A stretch of 64,000 bases of DNA from Chrysomallon squamiferum (Eukaryota; Animalia; Mollusca). Under the pieces are notes generated by a model, which searched no databases, had not been told where the DNA came from, and saw only the letters and a program-made list of their open reading frames with translations. A program made the position numbers and the translations under genes. The stretch covers positions 7,440,001 through 7,504,000 of the forward strand of contig CM022666.1 in assembly GCA_012295275.1 (NCBI GenBank), given 5' to 3'. Below, piece after piece: positions 27,748 through 42,200 of the stretch; position 1 is the stretch's first letter; every line of letters starts with the position of its first letter.

Positions 27748-27788
<41 letters not shown>

Positions 27789-28797
27789 ATGAAATGGTTG
27801 AATACTGTCACTATTTCTATTAATAATTGGCAGTGCATGCATGTATGTATGTATGTATGTATGTATGTATGTATGTATGTATGTATGTATATTGAAAGGA
27901 AACAAATTTGTCTCTATCGCCGTTTCGATCCATGCTTTAGATGATCAGGAACAATACTCAATTTGCTGAACACCTCAGCGCTCCACAGCTGTTTGATTAT
28001 TCGATATTAAAAATATGACAACGGATATTAAACACATTCAGCAGCAGAGAGAACAAAGCCTGTTGACGTATGTTTGTCCAGCTATGAATGTAGAGAGGGT
28101 GGGTTGTTCAGGTTCATTCGTGTATCTCATTAGTAACCGGAAGGACTAGTGTTCGAATACTATGAAATATGATTATCGCCATCATCATTCAATGTTATTA
28201 TCAGTCATTATCATCATCATCATCATTATAATACTATTATCGTTATCATCATAATTATCATCAACATTATATTAGCATCATCATTATCATTAAATCAATG
28301 TTAAACGTGATCGACATCCTTTGAACAGTTCGAAGTTGTGGTATTGTATCACACTGATTGAACATTAACAAACAAATGTTTCTTTCCTTTTTCCTATGTG
28401 TCTATCAGTCACTCACATCTTTCTTGTATTAGTTTCCTTTCGTTTTTTGTTTTTAAATTCACATTTTACGAGAGTTTCCGAAAATGAACGAATTACGGCG
28501 ATCACCATGAACGAAGGTCATCGGATAAATCCGTGAGCCCAAAAACAAACAAAAAAGTAAAAAAAACACAAAAAAACCAACACATTATCAACAGAGCTGG
28601 ATTTAGACATAACAAAACCAAGATATGGAGGATTGGGTCCAGGTTTCAATAAATATCACAAAATGTCTGATCAGTTCTAATGCAACAACTGTGTGTAACA
28701 TTAACGCTTGTCTAATGGGACCTGTGGAACATCGTAGGTTCTGGCAGTGTCTATACCCGGCTCTGTACGTTTGAAAATGAATGCAGTGTCTAAAAGT

Positions 28798-29898
28798 CTA
28801 CTTCTTATATACATGTATAACAACGTCGTTTCCTATCACACACTGCTTCACAAATGTCTTAAACATCCGGATGAACGATGGGATTATGGGTTCGTTGCAT
28901 ATATGAACAAGTTCGGGGAACTTCGTCCGGAAGTGACGCGTCGCTTCCTCCAGATGGTAGTGCGGAATCTTGGGAAAAAGATGGTGGATCTGGTGCGTCC
29001 CGATGTTGTGCGTCAGCTCGTGACACCAGCCGTAGTCGCGGTCCACCGAGCTGATCTGACCTTTGACATTTCGCCACTCGGAGTTGGCGTACCAGGGTAT
29101 CTCGAACTCCGTGTGGTGCAGGAAAGTGACGATCACCAGGTACGACGTGGACACGAACAGCGGCACGACGTAGTGGTAGACGAAGCTGGCCACGCCGAAC
29201 ACGTTCACGTAGTGGTACAACATCGTGATCCAAATCGTGATGCTCGCTACCGACAAGGAGCAGTCGATCACGTGGCGCTTGAAGAGATCGTCCAGCGGAT
29301 TGAAGTGGCACACGGGGCGGTTGTGGTATCCCGAAACGAGATAAATGAACCAGGCCAGCCCGAGTCCGAATCCGGGCAGAAAGTGCATGTCGCTCTCCTT
29401 CTCGTCTCTGATGGGGTAAAACACTTCGTCGCGGTCGATGTTGCCGGTGTGTTTGTGATGATGTCGATGCGACAGCTTCCAGCAGTAGTATGGGGCGAAG
29501 ACAAAGGTGTGCAGAACCGTGCCGACGACGTTGTTCAGCGCCGCACTTTTGGAAAAGGAGTCGTGACCGCAGTCGTGCCCGACTACGAATATCGCCCAGA
29601 AGAAGGTGCCTTGAAGGAGCCAGTACAGAGGCGTCAGTGCCAGTGCAATGAACTGTGGGAAGACCTGCCACATCAGGTTGGAAGCTGCATAGAGTAACGC
29701 CACGAAAAAGAGATCTTTGACTGCGTAGTAAAACGACGTGGTCAGCGACGGAACGAAACAGTGTTTCGGAATCGCTTTCTTGATTTCGATGATTGACGGA
29801 AATTCGGGCTCCCCTTTGCTTTGCGTGGATTCGTTGTCATCAGGCGCCGCTGCAACTTCGTCCTTGGCCCCTTTAACTGTATCCGTTTCGGTTCCCAT
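28798..29898 (-). CDS. Methyl-end (omega-x; Delta12/Delta15-type) fatty acid desaturase copy B, 366 aa, intronless CDS
   Basis: Three His boxes HDCGH, HRHHH, HQIHH; IKKAIPKHCF and [16 protein letters not shown] motifs typical of the FAD2/FAD3-like family; no cytochrome b5 domain. True start is likely the ATG at 29898 (MGTETD); splice acceptor at 29949-29950. Confidence 0.96.
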   Translation of the reverse strand: MGTETDTVKGAKDEVAAAPDDNESTQSKGEPEFPSIIEIKKAIPKHCFVPSLTTSFYYAVKDLFFVALLYAASNLMWQVFPQFIALALTPLYWLLQGTFFWAIFVVGHDCGHDSFSKSAALNNVVGTVLHTFVFAPYYCWKLSHRHHHKHTGNIDRDEVFYPIRDEKESDMHFLPGFGLGLAWFIYLVSGYHNRPVCHFNPLDDLFKRHVIDCSLSVASITIWITMLYHYVNVFGVASFVYHYVVPLFVSTSYLVIVTFLHHTEFEIPWYANSEWRNVKGQISSVDRDYGWCHELTHNIGTHQIHHLFPKIPHYHLEEATRHFRTKFPELVHICNEPIIPSFIRMFKTFVKQCVIGNDVVIHVYKK

Positions 29899-29992
29899 GG
29901 TAATGGTCACTATAGTCACCAGTTATTTGTTGCGTTATCGTCCGAAATCTGAATAACAAAAATAAATTTATTAAATACAGCTGAATGAATAA

Positions 29993-30065
<73 letters not shown>

Positions 30066-31599
30066 TGGTGTCATTAAAAGAAATAGTGTGCATAGTTTAA
30101 TTATCAGAGTAGTTTCACCAGTAATTTGTTTAATTATGAAAATACTTTCTGATTTTATTATTATTATTATTCAAAACAAACCTAAAGTACGCGTATGTGA
30201 ATCATATATATTAATAGTTTAAACGGCTATTTTTGAAATAATCGAGACATATATTTTTAATATATAAATGTAAATAACTAAAGCGTTTGATATACATGTA
30301 TATTTAAAGGTGAGAGAAATACGAAATGTTAGTATGCATAGTTTTGGGTATGGAGTGTGTGTGTGTCAGTGCACAGGGTGTGCATGTACTCAAAAGTACG
30401 GATCTCTGAGTGCGTGTGTTCCTATTACGTTGTCTCATATTCATGTATTTCCAAATTATCTGAAAATGGAATTGTATAAATAATACGCAATTTTTCTACG
30501 AGAGTGCAAAATTGAAAAGGACTTGCATCAACGTTTTAGTCCCATAACCAGTGAAGCTTTTCATAACTGCTAATTAATACTAAAAGGTTCAAGCTTGTTT
30601 GTTTCTCTACCCGTTCCTGAATTTGGCTAAATGTATTACTACGCCATTCGTTTATATTCGCTCAAAGTTTAACGTTCTTCAGTGTTCATTATACGTTTAT
30701 GCCTGTTATCATAACTTGACAATTCATGAGTCAACTGGAGATCCAAAGATGTTTCTCTAGAGCACACTATCGAAATATCATGAGGAAACATGTAGAAAGA
30801 CAAAGGGTCGTTAAAATTGAATTATGTTACCTTATACTGAATGAGAGTTGCTATGGTAGCAAACATAACAGTAGTACTAAATTTAAACTTCGACAGACTG
30901 ATTCGCACTTGGCGTAACATTCTAAACAATCAGTTATCTGTCACGAGACGAACAGAAGCCAGAGTTACGTTAATTATTAATGTTACGCCAAAAACTTTCC
31001 ATGGAAGTGCTCAGAGGCATAGAATGGGTTTGGTTTTGCCGAGAACGTTCATGAAACTGCAGGTCTATCCTTAGGACGCCATAATGCATTTGTCCGTTTG
31101 GGAAATAGTCTGTCATCAGCGGTTTTCTGTCATCAGCCTCGATCCTCCTTTTCGTGAATTAAATTGGTAACCTATTCATTACAATTTGTGATATATACAG
31201 TGAAATAATTTAGTAAATAAAAGAAATCGATCAGTAAGCCCTTGTTTCACAATACTTACTTAACAGACTGAGTTTAACAGTAACACGTGTAACAGTTTTG
31301 ATGCTAACGACTGTAACGTGTATAATGAAAACATGACAGGAAATCCGCTACTTCATTCACTGATATTTACAAGAACAGGATCATTTGTGTGCACTTTTCC
31401 ATAAAGACTCTCATTCTGAACTGAAAAACAAGTTACGGTGGAAACTTCTGGAACGGGAAAGTACTCAAAATGAGTACTGAGAATAACAAATCTTACGACC
31501 AGTGATGCCTCTACTGTAACTATGGAGAGTCCAATTTCAGCCAAATTTATAACAAAATAGGCAGACAGTGTGATAAGATTAATGAAAATAACCACAAGA

Positions 31600-32090
31600 T
31601 AGGACAGTAATAATAGTACTGAAGATATTAACAAGGTAGAAGTAATAATATTATTGGAAGATAACAGTCAGGTAGATATAATAATAATATTATTGGAAAT
31701 AACAAAAAGGACGATATAGTAATCACGTTATTGGAAAAAACCCACAAGGTAGATATAAAAATAACATTACTGGAGATAATAACAAGGTAAATATTTTTAT
31801 TATTGGAGAAAAAAGAAAAACAAGATGACCGAGCAATAACTTAAACTGAAAGACTGTATATCAATACTTTTAAGAAACGCTCCATTTCACAGAACACGTC
31901 AAGATAAAATAACAACATTATTGGAGATAATAACAAGGTAAATATTTATATTATTGGAGATAATAACTATGTAAATATTTATATTATTGGAAAAAAAACC
32001 CTACAAGATGATTGAGCAATAACTTAAACTGAAAGATCGTATGTCAGTAGTTTTAGGATACACGCTCCATCTCACAGAACAGGTCAAGCA
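31600..32090. repeat. ~36-bp minisatellite with a nested ~185-bp duplication
   Basis: Units like AATAACATTATTGGAGATAATAACAAGGTAGATAT; the block GAGCAATAACTTAAACTGAAAGA...CGCTCCAT..CACAGAACA occurs at ~31831 and ~32014. Confidence 0.85.
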
Positions 32091-32189
32091 CATATTGCGT
32101 GGACAAAACCTGTGACTTCGCGCCAGAAAATTCGGAAAGAAAAGTTAACAAGGCTAGAACAAAATGTTTATTTATCCTGCAGCCATTTC

Positions 32190-32560
32190 CTGGCCGCTGA
32201 GATGGGCACGTAATCAAATCAACAAGACGTTATTAACCGCTCCGAGTCCTGTGACGTAGCGCGTGTCACTGCCCTCGGAAACTAATGCCCATTGATCCAA
32301 TCAGTAATCACGTTACAAAATACGTAGGTGGCCTTCGAGCTGCGAGCTCAAAGCACTTACTGGCCCGACCGTGCGCAGCTTTAGGAATTGTTTTCATATT
32401 GTAAGTGCGACGCTTTGCTGTCAGTAGCAGCCGGTGACTGTGGGGGTGTGCGGGTGGGCTGGGGGGGTGGATATTCCTGTCAAACGAAGAAAGACTTCAG
32501 ATTATTCCGCGTTTTGAGTCGGTTTTTTTGTTGTATTACGTCACGTCACCTCAGGTCAAA
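32190..32560. promoter_or_regulatory. CpG-rich regulatory block upstream of desaturase copy B
   Basis: CCAAT at 32297 directly followed by SRE-like ATCACGTTAC at 32307; several TGACGT/ACGTCA half-CRE sites. Confidence 0.4.
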
Positions 32561-32804
32561 CCAGCAACGATAGGAATGCAGCAAAGGCTGGAAAATTCAC
32601 CTTGTGTTTGTGTGTGTGTGTGTGGCAGATCACTGGATCAATCCTTCTTACATGCACCTACAGCCTGTTTCACATTCCAGATGACTAATCGTATATGAAC
32701 GATAAACTATGGCGTGTTCTGTTGTTTATAATTATGAAGGCGTGCAGTATACATTTTCCTGTGTCAGAGATACAATATATATGTCATCATTATGGGTGTT
32801 TTTA

Positions 32805-32847
<43 letters not shown>

Positions 32848-33770
32848 TTTGCTATCGTCTGCCACGAAGTTATGTCATATAGTCAATACCAAAAAATTCA
32901 AATATCCCAAGTGTGTCGTTAAGTAAGAACACGCTGTAACGAGTTATCCAGCATCAGCGACCCCAGTTGTCTTCAAACATAATTTATATCCAGATTAGGA
33001 TTAATAATAATAATAATAATAATAAAAAATAATAATAATAATAACAATAATAATAATAATAATAATAAAAGCAAAAACAAAAACAAAAACAAATAGACTC
33101 AATAGAGATTCGAAAGGCGGATTCGATCTTAATAGCTATTAATCTCAGCGTGATATTTTGCCTACGTGACCGCTGATGTCAAGTGCGTGACCATGTGTCC
33201 TCTAAAATACTACACTTCCGTCTAAGCTATCGATCGCATGGAAACGGAGAAAAAAGTCCACGTTTATTTCCTTGGAGATTTCTCTCTCGGTGTTTTTGTT
33301 TTTTCCTTTTTTTTTTTTTTTTTCTTTTTTTCATGTCCATCAGGGAATTTTGCGTAACAAATTAACTAAAAAGCGACCTTTTCACAACCACACGATATCG
33401 GATTAATAGACAGGCATTGTTCGACTGGTAACACTCGTCAGCGAAGTATAAAGTGAATAACCGGTACATAATAACTAGTAGGTTGTTACAAGCCGCTGGA
33501 TCCATTATTTATGAATGCCATATGTTAATTAATTGTTCTAATTGAAATCAATAATCATTTTCTTATTTGCAGCAGTATGGTTAAATACAGAGAGCAGAGA
33601 GAGTGAGAGACTGAGAAGAGAAAGAGAAACAGTGTATGTGTGTGAGAGATTGATTTATATTGTAATAAAACGGTATATTACGTGGACGGAATATTACGTG
33701 GTATTTCACGAATGAATACGTAAATTGATAAATACTGAATCCTGCTATTTCCCAATCTAACCGGCTTCCA

Positions 33771-33955
33771 CGAATAAAAGAATCCTTTCTGCTAATCGGT
33801 GAGAAATCCGCGGGTTTCCTCTCTGTTAAAGTGCAGAGAGAGTGCAACGACAGTTCACACAAGGACATGTCTACGTGGTGATGTGCGAACATCCATTCTG
33901 TCATTCGTCAGAACATGACGTGTTAATGACAGCATGCAACCTTACCGTAAATATT
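33771..33955 (+). mobile_element. Degenerate SINE fragment (Nin-domain-like)
   Basis: ATAAAAGAATCCTTTCTGCTAATCGG...GCGGGTTTCCTCTCT resembles the recalled Nin-domain core; not verified by search. Confidence 0.45.
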
Positions 33956-34389
33956 CTAAATCATAACAAAATGTCACAGAAAAACTGAAACAGTGAAGAA
34001 AAAATTATCCAACGACACCTCACCACATCTTAACATTAGTAGTTGTTAAGTGTCTTGTATTTAATTTTTGAACAACGATCACAAGAAAGAGGAAATTTTA
34101 ACACTAAGGGATGAAATTTGCGTGCAACTTACAGGTTTAATATTTTATATATAACATGGTTTCTAAAAATCCAAATTCTAAAATCGTTGTTTATATCTCT
34201 CTTGGATTTAAAAAAGATGTAATAAAATAAACACTTAATGAATAACTAAATAACTTTTCTTTATATTATTATTATTATTATATTTCTTGTTGGGTTTGTT
34301 GTTGTTGTTTTTTGTTTTGTTTTGTTTATTAGTTTGTTGTTTTTCTAATAAAACGTCAGTCAGGCATCGCTGAATTGAAAATAACAAAA

Positions 34390-34457
34390 CGGCAGTAAAG
34401 AGGAGTCGATCTTGCGACTCGTTACACCTCGGTCAAGCACTGCGTCTTTAAGCTACA
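34390..34457 (-). mobile_element. tRNA-derived SINE head relic
   Basis: Minus strand TGTAGCTTAAAG...GCAAGATCGACTCC has A-box/B-box-like spacing but no cloverleaf. Confidence 0.3.
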
Positions 34458-36740
34458 GATAGAAATATTCAAAAACGCGAAAGGGAAAGAGGATAATACT
34501 AAATATCTTGGGCCCAAAAATCGATACAGTTTCTTGACAAATGCTGATACACAATGGTTTGTGGTTGCCACTCTTTGAGTTCTAGTTATTATTTTGCAGT
34601 TTGAAATATATGGATTGAGAGAAACAGTTAGTGATAATAATAATAGCGCTAGCTACAGCTATAGAACTAAATAATGGAAGTTGAAATGGTAGTAGTAAAA
34701 CTGAGGTGTGGTAACTGAAACGTGATACTAGTAGAATTAATAGCAATGATGGTGGCAGTAACGATGATCATGATAGTAGTAATAGCAGAAGCAAAAATAA
34801 AAAATGTATAATTGTTGAAGTAGTAGTAAGAAGTAAGAGAAGTATATATGAAAATAGCAACAGATGTAGTTGTGTTGAACCACTGGCAGCTGTGGTGGAG
34901 TGCTAGTATTAATATTAGTAATGGTGGTAATAGTGGTTGTAGAAGTAGTGGTTGTAGTAGTAGTGGTTGTAGTAGTAGTAATAATAGTAGTAGCAGTATT
35001 CTAGCTAAAGTCGTACTAACGGTACTGGCAGTAGTAGCGGTAATACTAGAAGTATTATTATCGTGGTGATATTAGTAATGGTAGTAATACTAGTAATGAA
35101 GTTGTACTAGTATAGTAGTGTAAATTGTAGTAGTGGTAGTAGCAGCAGTAGCAGTAGTAGTAGTGGTAGCAACAGCATCGGTAGTTATTGTTTTTAAATA
35201 TAATGTTTGTAATAGCTTAATCATTTGTTGTACCGTATCACATAAGAATAAAAAGAATATTATTCTCATAATCCATAGGACTCCTGTGCAGAGAAGAATG
35301 GAGCTGAGGCCATAACGAATTAAAATTAAAATGCAGACAACATTAATTAAAAATTGATTAAAAAAAAAAAAAAAAAATCTATAAATTCCCAGTCAGTGAG
35401 TACGTTAACAAAAAAGCTTTCGAATGTAATAAACTTTGTAACATCAGGGTCAGCTATCTTTTCATTGTACAAATCCTTTACACAAACCTTCATTATGTTA
35501 GTGCAAACAGAACGCAGGACGTTCATAATGGATCAGCAAACAACGGGATATTTCAGAATGAAATAGGATTCTTTGACGATGACGCAAATTCATTCGATTA
35601 ATGACAGAGAACTGTTTAACGAGACAAACCTAAATAACATTTTAAAATGGTTTATGAAGAACCTTTGTATTATTATTATCATCATCATCGTCATCATCAT
35701 CATTATTGATGTTATTATCATCATGAAATACAGAGATTAATATTTCAGTGAAATATAAGTCTCTCTCTTTCTCTCTCTCTCTCCCCTCCCCCTCTCTCCT
35801 GCTGTGATTTCTTCCTTTCATTTATTCTGCATTAAAATTTTCTTTTTTCTTCTTCGTACACCTTCTGTTATCAAGCCGCTTCTTCTTTACAATATAAAAG
35901 AATATTAATAGCTAAATACATCAATGTTTTCCTTGACGACTTAACACCTTCAACTGGTGACGTATTTCTTTGTCCTTTTATGAAGAAGCACATCACTCCG
36001 ACACTGTTGACTTTCAGATAACAAAAAGTGTTTGTAATTAATTAGATATTTGTGCTGAAGCTCACGCAATCTATTTGCACTGTAAACTGTGAAGCTACGG
36101 ATTACGTTGGAGTTTAGCTTTGCATGTGACCTTTCCAAAACACCGCTGCAGTAAGATATTCAACCCCGTCTTTTGTTTTTTTTTTTTCGTCAGATATTAA
36201 GATTACTCTACTCCAACAAGAGTAATGATGCCGATGACGTAGCTGATGATGATCGCGGTGATTTTTGTGATGATACGGTGATAATACTCATGAATTTGAT
36301 AGCGTGGTGACAATGTTGATGTTGATGACGTAGGTGATGATCGTGGTTGTTTTCATGATGATGATGTTGTTAATGATATGATGATGATGTTGATGACTAG
36401 GATAGTAGTGGTGACTATAAGATGAGATGAAGATGAAGAATGAAGAATACGACCACGTCAATACTGATGACGATGACGATAACAATGAAAACCAATAACA
36501 TCGGAAATACAATAATTTTAGCAGAGTGGAAAAATAATTAATACGTCAGAAAATAACAAGTGGCAGGCAGTCAGTCCTTTGACATTTGTTTTATTTCATT
36601 TACCAGCAGCTGTGTAATAGCAAGTTATGAAGACAATGCAAAACACGAACAGACCTGTCAGATGAATCGGTCGCTGACACGAACATTCGCAGAAGTGACT
36701 GCAGCTAAGTGCTTGAACTCTGTCCTTAAGCAAAACGCGT

Positions 36741-36916
36741 CATTTGGCTATTTCCCTTTCCAGCCACTGCTCCATTAACTGGTTTATCAAGAAGGTACGT
36801 GGTATGTGCTGTCGAACTGTGGAAAGATGCGTAAAGCATGTCCCTTGACGGTAAATAATAAGTGTAGCTATTGGGTTTTCTCTCATATGGCCGTAATATC
36901 TAAAACATATCCGACT
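36741..36916 (+). mobile_element. Degenerate SINE body (Nin-domain-like gastropod SINE)
   Basis: GGCTATTTCCCTTTCCAGCCACTGCTCCA...CTGG...CGTGGTATGTGCT...TCCCTTG...GGGTTTTCTCTC follows a gastropod SINE consensus as I recall it; not verified by search. Confidence 0.5.
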
Positions 36917-36973
36917 TTAATAGTCCTCCATATAAAAATATTCTCACGTATCATTACACTACGAGAACGTGTG

Positions 36974-37067
<94 letters not shown>

Positions 37068-37403
37068 TTGTTCAAATGAATCAGGTATTTAAAATCAGAT
37101 TATTATTTCACCTACTAAAGCAAATATTGTTCAAGACACTGAAAACGTGATTACTTTTTTCAAGGGCAAAATTCTCAAAGACGCTAAATTCTATTACAAA
37201 CATATTGCCTTTCTTCGAGTTTTACCTAATGCAGCAATATATTTATTGGTTAAAATAAAATAAAATAAAATAAAATAAAATAAAATAAAATGAAAGAAAG
37301 AAAATCATTAATCGCAACTAAATTCAAAACAGAGGTTAATTTATTAAAAACGATTTATCTATGTTTTTTTGTAAAATTGAAGCTTATATTGTGTTGAGCG
37401 AAA

Positions 37404-37438
<35 letters not shown>

Positions 37439-37659
37439 AATTGGCGATTTCTTTCTTGTAACATTATGCCGTTTAAAAACAAAGATTTGTCTTTCAAATG
37501 GTTTTCTTTTCTTTTATTCAAAGCAAGGGTACTATTATTACCGCAAACACAAAATTATATTTACGCCTAAATAGCGCGAGATGAACAACCGCTCGATTCT
37601 GTTTAAACGTAATTTACACATAGACTTTCATTCGAAATTATCGCTAAATCTTAACTCAC

Positions 37660-37870
37660 CTTTTCAAGCGGCTTTCCGGGAACAATTTCTAACAGTATGC
37701 AATGCAGGCAGACAACTAAAAGGCGCCATATTGATCGAGGTTACAGAGAAACGTCACTGGTCATTGCTGGTATTAAAAGAGTAAACGTGAGCTCAATGCG
37801 CGCGCGTTCACGTCAGCAGACGATCGATGGAGTCCCAGGCTAGTGGCGGGGAAATTAGCATCTACGCCTG
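37660..37870 (-). promoter_or_regulatory. Alternative candidate first exon/promoter of desaturase copy B
   Basis: Strong AAG|GTGAGT donor at 37660/37659 next to a CpG-rich block with CGCCAT, CACGTCA and GGCGGGGAAA motifs. Confidence 0.4.
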
Positions 37871-38235
37871 TCTATAGGGCTCCGAATTCTAATAAATTAT
37901 TACCAGCGTTGTACTTTTTTTCCCATGGACTCTAATTTTAAGAACTGTCGAGCGTTACAACAAATAAATATGCAGATGGGTTTACAAATGAAATGACTGA
38001 AAAATTCAGTATGAAATTGTGATGAGGATTTACAGTATCGAAATACAGAAACTGAACTGCAATGAGAAGCGTGCAAAATTCCAGTCTTTCTTTGATTTGG
38101 CACTATCAGTTTCATTTTTTTTTTTTTTTTTCTTTCAGTTAGCAGCATGAAGTACTTCAGACAAATGACGTATAAAAAAGCAGCTCTTTGTTGCATTTCT
38201 CACAGCAGAAAATTAATAATAATAATAACAATAAC

Positions 38236-38308
<73 letters not shown>

Positions 38309-38594
38309 TAGAGTTTAGGAAACAAGAACGTCGGCTTCTGTTACGCCTAAGCTTAGACTATGCTGAAGCTTCGTGGATGAAAACGAGCTTATGTAACAAG
38401 ACGGTGATTCCGTGCCAAAATACCACTAACCTTCTGCAACTAAACACTAAAATGTGAGGTTGGCTGTGGAGAAATAATAGGGAAGGAAAAGGTGGAGGGT
38501 ACACATAAATCTATTGTTAAATGAGCTTTCACAGTATCTTCATTAATATTCATAATTACTATAATTATTTTCGTCTTTTCATTCATGTTTATAT

Positions 38595-38669
<75 letters not shown>

Positions 38670-39032
38670 GCCTATGTGCGAACGTGCGCCCGTACCTATT
38701 CCGATATCAATGATGCAACACGTACGTTGTTCTGAAAGCAAACAATGGTAGAGTTTTCAACATGTGAGCTGCAAATAGTGGAGATGACCTTTCTGCGCTT
38801 CAGTGTTTATTATCTCTGACATAATCATCACTTAGATTACTGCCCTTTTCAAATCAAAGCCCTATCACCTACCCCTTTCCTGTTCGCTAGCTCCGTCTGG
38901 ATGTTGTACTGAATTCCTGACCTTACATTCACAGGTCACGTTAGTCACCATGTGCGTGGATATGTGCTTGTTTAATAATACACACGTGGTGCATGTATAT
39001 ATGCATGTCCGTTTGTATTTAACAGCAAATGC

Positions 39033-39067
<35 letters not shown>

Positions 39068-39178
39068 TTTTCAATTTACAAACCATTAGAAAAAATTAAA
39101 ATAAATAAACATTTTTATAATTATTAGTATTTACTCATGATAATGAAAGATTTTGTTTTATTTTATACTTTAATGTCA

Positions 39179-39227
<49 letters not shown>

Positions 39228-42200
39228 CTTAAATAATTTCATTGGTATCATGTAGACTGTTCTTTCAACTTAAAACTTGCAAAGGACGAAGTGGAATTAA
39301 AACTGAATGAATTCACGACATTCTCTGTTCCAGTAATTCTGATCACATCATTTATTTATTTATTCCCACTACCTGAGAAATCTTTTTTTTTTTTTTTTTT
39401 TTTTTGTTGTTTTTTGTTATTTTATGGGGGTTTTTTTTGTGTGTGGGGGGTTGCTGTTGCTGTTGTTTTTGATTTGATTTTTATTGTATTTCTTTGTTGT
39501 TTTTATTTGTTAATTTTGTTTATTTTATAAATCACTGACCGTTTGCTGGTCTACCTTACGAATCAAGGGCGACCACTCTTATTTTTTTTTTTTTTTAAAG
39601 TACGCTCATGTCGAAGAACAGATGTAATGTTTTTCGTTTCGGACGCAGGTTTGTGCACGGTTTATTTCACTAAACGTATTGGTTGAAGTGGAACAGTTCA
39701 ATGAAACATAATGGAGGACTGATTCGAAGATTTGTTTTACTTCTGAGAAAATGTGTTACAAATTAAGAGCGAGCCAACAAAACAAAAATGTACATGAATG
39801 TGTGTGTGTGTGTGTGTCGGTGTGTGTTAGTGAGAGGGGGGGTTGATTGAGACAAAATACAAGGTCTTAAAATAAATAAAATAGTACTAGCACTAGTAGT
39901 TGCAACAAATATATAAAATGACAACTGAACATTTGTTAGTTAAATTATTTAAATTTATTAGCAATAAAGGCACCAAACAAACCTCTAAAAAAATCAACAA
40001 CAAAAAAAAGAATTAACTTTTAAAAAAATGATAATTAGAAATATTTGCGTTGTAAATTGTTTTGGTTTAAATAATATGTTAATATGATAAATAAATTAGC
40101 ATTTATTTGAATTTTTTTAATAAAATAACAAAAACAAATCCGAGAGATCCCTTCCTGAGACTTGATCCAGAGACAACTCATATACCAAGAAAAACTATTA
40201 TGTAGTTTGAAAAAATCTAATCTCAGTGCAAAAAAATATTATAATCTAAATCATTTCAACAAAATTAAAATATTGCTGCTTTTCTAGATTATATATATAT
40301 AAAAACAGTCATGGATTATACAAATATATAATTTTGTTCTCAAGGCATATGTAAAATATTAAAGTAAAACTTGATTTGTGAAACTGCTAGAGCACAACAA
40401 TCAGTTTTTTTATTACTTTTTTTTTTTTAATTGTATCAAACCTTTGGAATTTCTAATATGATCTTCAGACACCAATCAGTAAATCTCTATTTGAAATTAA
40501 GCAATTGTTCTCTCATTCATAAATGTATATTAATTTGGTCTGTAATTTAGAGGATCTCACCAAAGCCCCACTTCATCTGCTTGACATGTAATTATTTTGT
40601 TATTTTGGCTACAAATGGCATGCAAAATTACTGTTGGTATATCTAACCCCATTTTTATTTTTTTTTTTTTTTTTTTTTTTTTTCCCTCGTCTAGATCATC
40701 ATTTTGAAAGCACAGTCCATCAATGTACCTACTCTCTACTCAACCCAATGAAGTTTAAGGAAGTATCAATTAGGTGTCAATAATGATAAATGAAATATAA
40801 AAAAATAATAATGTTACTACTGAATACAAGGAGAATTTTTAATTTTGAACCTTAAAGAGACAGTCACAAATGGAACACTGTTTAATAAATTAATATATAA
40901 ATAAATAAATGAAATAAATATAAACAGGACAAATTAAAATCCATTCATTATTTAAGAGATAATATTTCCTGTTGCACACCAGATGTTTGTTATTTCTGAT
41001 ACTGTCATATTTTCAGCAGCAACTGACATCACTACAGCATATTTATTAATATTACCATCATTTATTAACTCATTTTGCTATGACGTCTTCAATTCATATC
41101 TATTTTGCATAAACCACCAAAATAAAAACATTTTTTTTTTTTATTATCAGTTATCAATAACTGGTGTCAATAAATGAAATAAAAAAACTTGAAGAAGAAA
41201 AGAGTAAATATTTGTTCTGAGAGTTGCCTGTTCAGTTACTTTAATTTTACTTTCATACAACATTGGTCTGATGAAATTTATCAATACATTTAAAGCTACA
41301 CAGAGAGCCAATTTCTCATTTTACCAAACTAAATAAATAAATAAATAAATATACAAACATTAACACTGAACAAAAGTATACAGATTTACTCGAGAATGCT
41401 ATCTAAAGAATTTAAATTATTTTGTATGAATGAATCAACCTCAGTATATTAACCAGACTTTCTAATTTATCAAATACTATGGAATATGTTGTCCTGATAA
41501 TGAAGCATGTAACAAGATCCCCCGCTATGATAAGAATAGACCACTGGCTTCCAAAAAAAATAATAATAATAAAGTTTAAGGCATAACGAAATATTGAAAA
41601 ATTGAAAAAAAAAAATGAAATTTCTTTTTTTTTAAATCACAACAGTCAATATTTATCAGATGTGTATACAATAATTGAAAATTTTAATTCTGTACATAGT
41701 TGCAAACACATGTGTATTTCATGATCATTTACCAGTACCTATTTGTTTGCTCACACACACGCATGCACGTACACACACATGCAAAAAAATGTTCCATTTA
41801 AAAATTCAAATACCCCAAAAATCAGTAAACTAGAGATGATGTAATGCAACCTACTTCTGTACAATGTGGTAAACCACATACAAAATTCATACTATTTTAT
41901 CAGTTCAAGTTCTTGTCACAGCCTAAGATTGTAATAAAATAAAGTTCAGTTTTGATCTGCTTGATCATTCTTGTATTTATATATATATAGATAAATATAT
42001 ATATATTATCTTTTTCTCTCTCTCTGAAAATACTTTCCCCCATTTTTACTTTCACTCACTCAGCACTATGGCATATTCAATTTCAACACTGTTCATTTGA
42101 CCTTTTACACAAAACCTGTTTATCTATCTTTGACAGTTCCCTTTTTATCATTATTTAACACAGAAAATAATATACAATTAGACTGTCATAATCATTTTAA

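Noticed and set aside
28747-29697. 316-aa plus-strand ORF antisense to desaturase B (also 16114-16602, 45020-45454 and shifted-frame ORFs)
   Set aside because: These are shadows of the desaturase codons; codon bias removes antisense stops, and the three shadows differ in extent.
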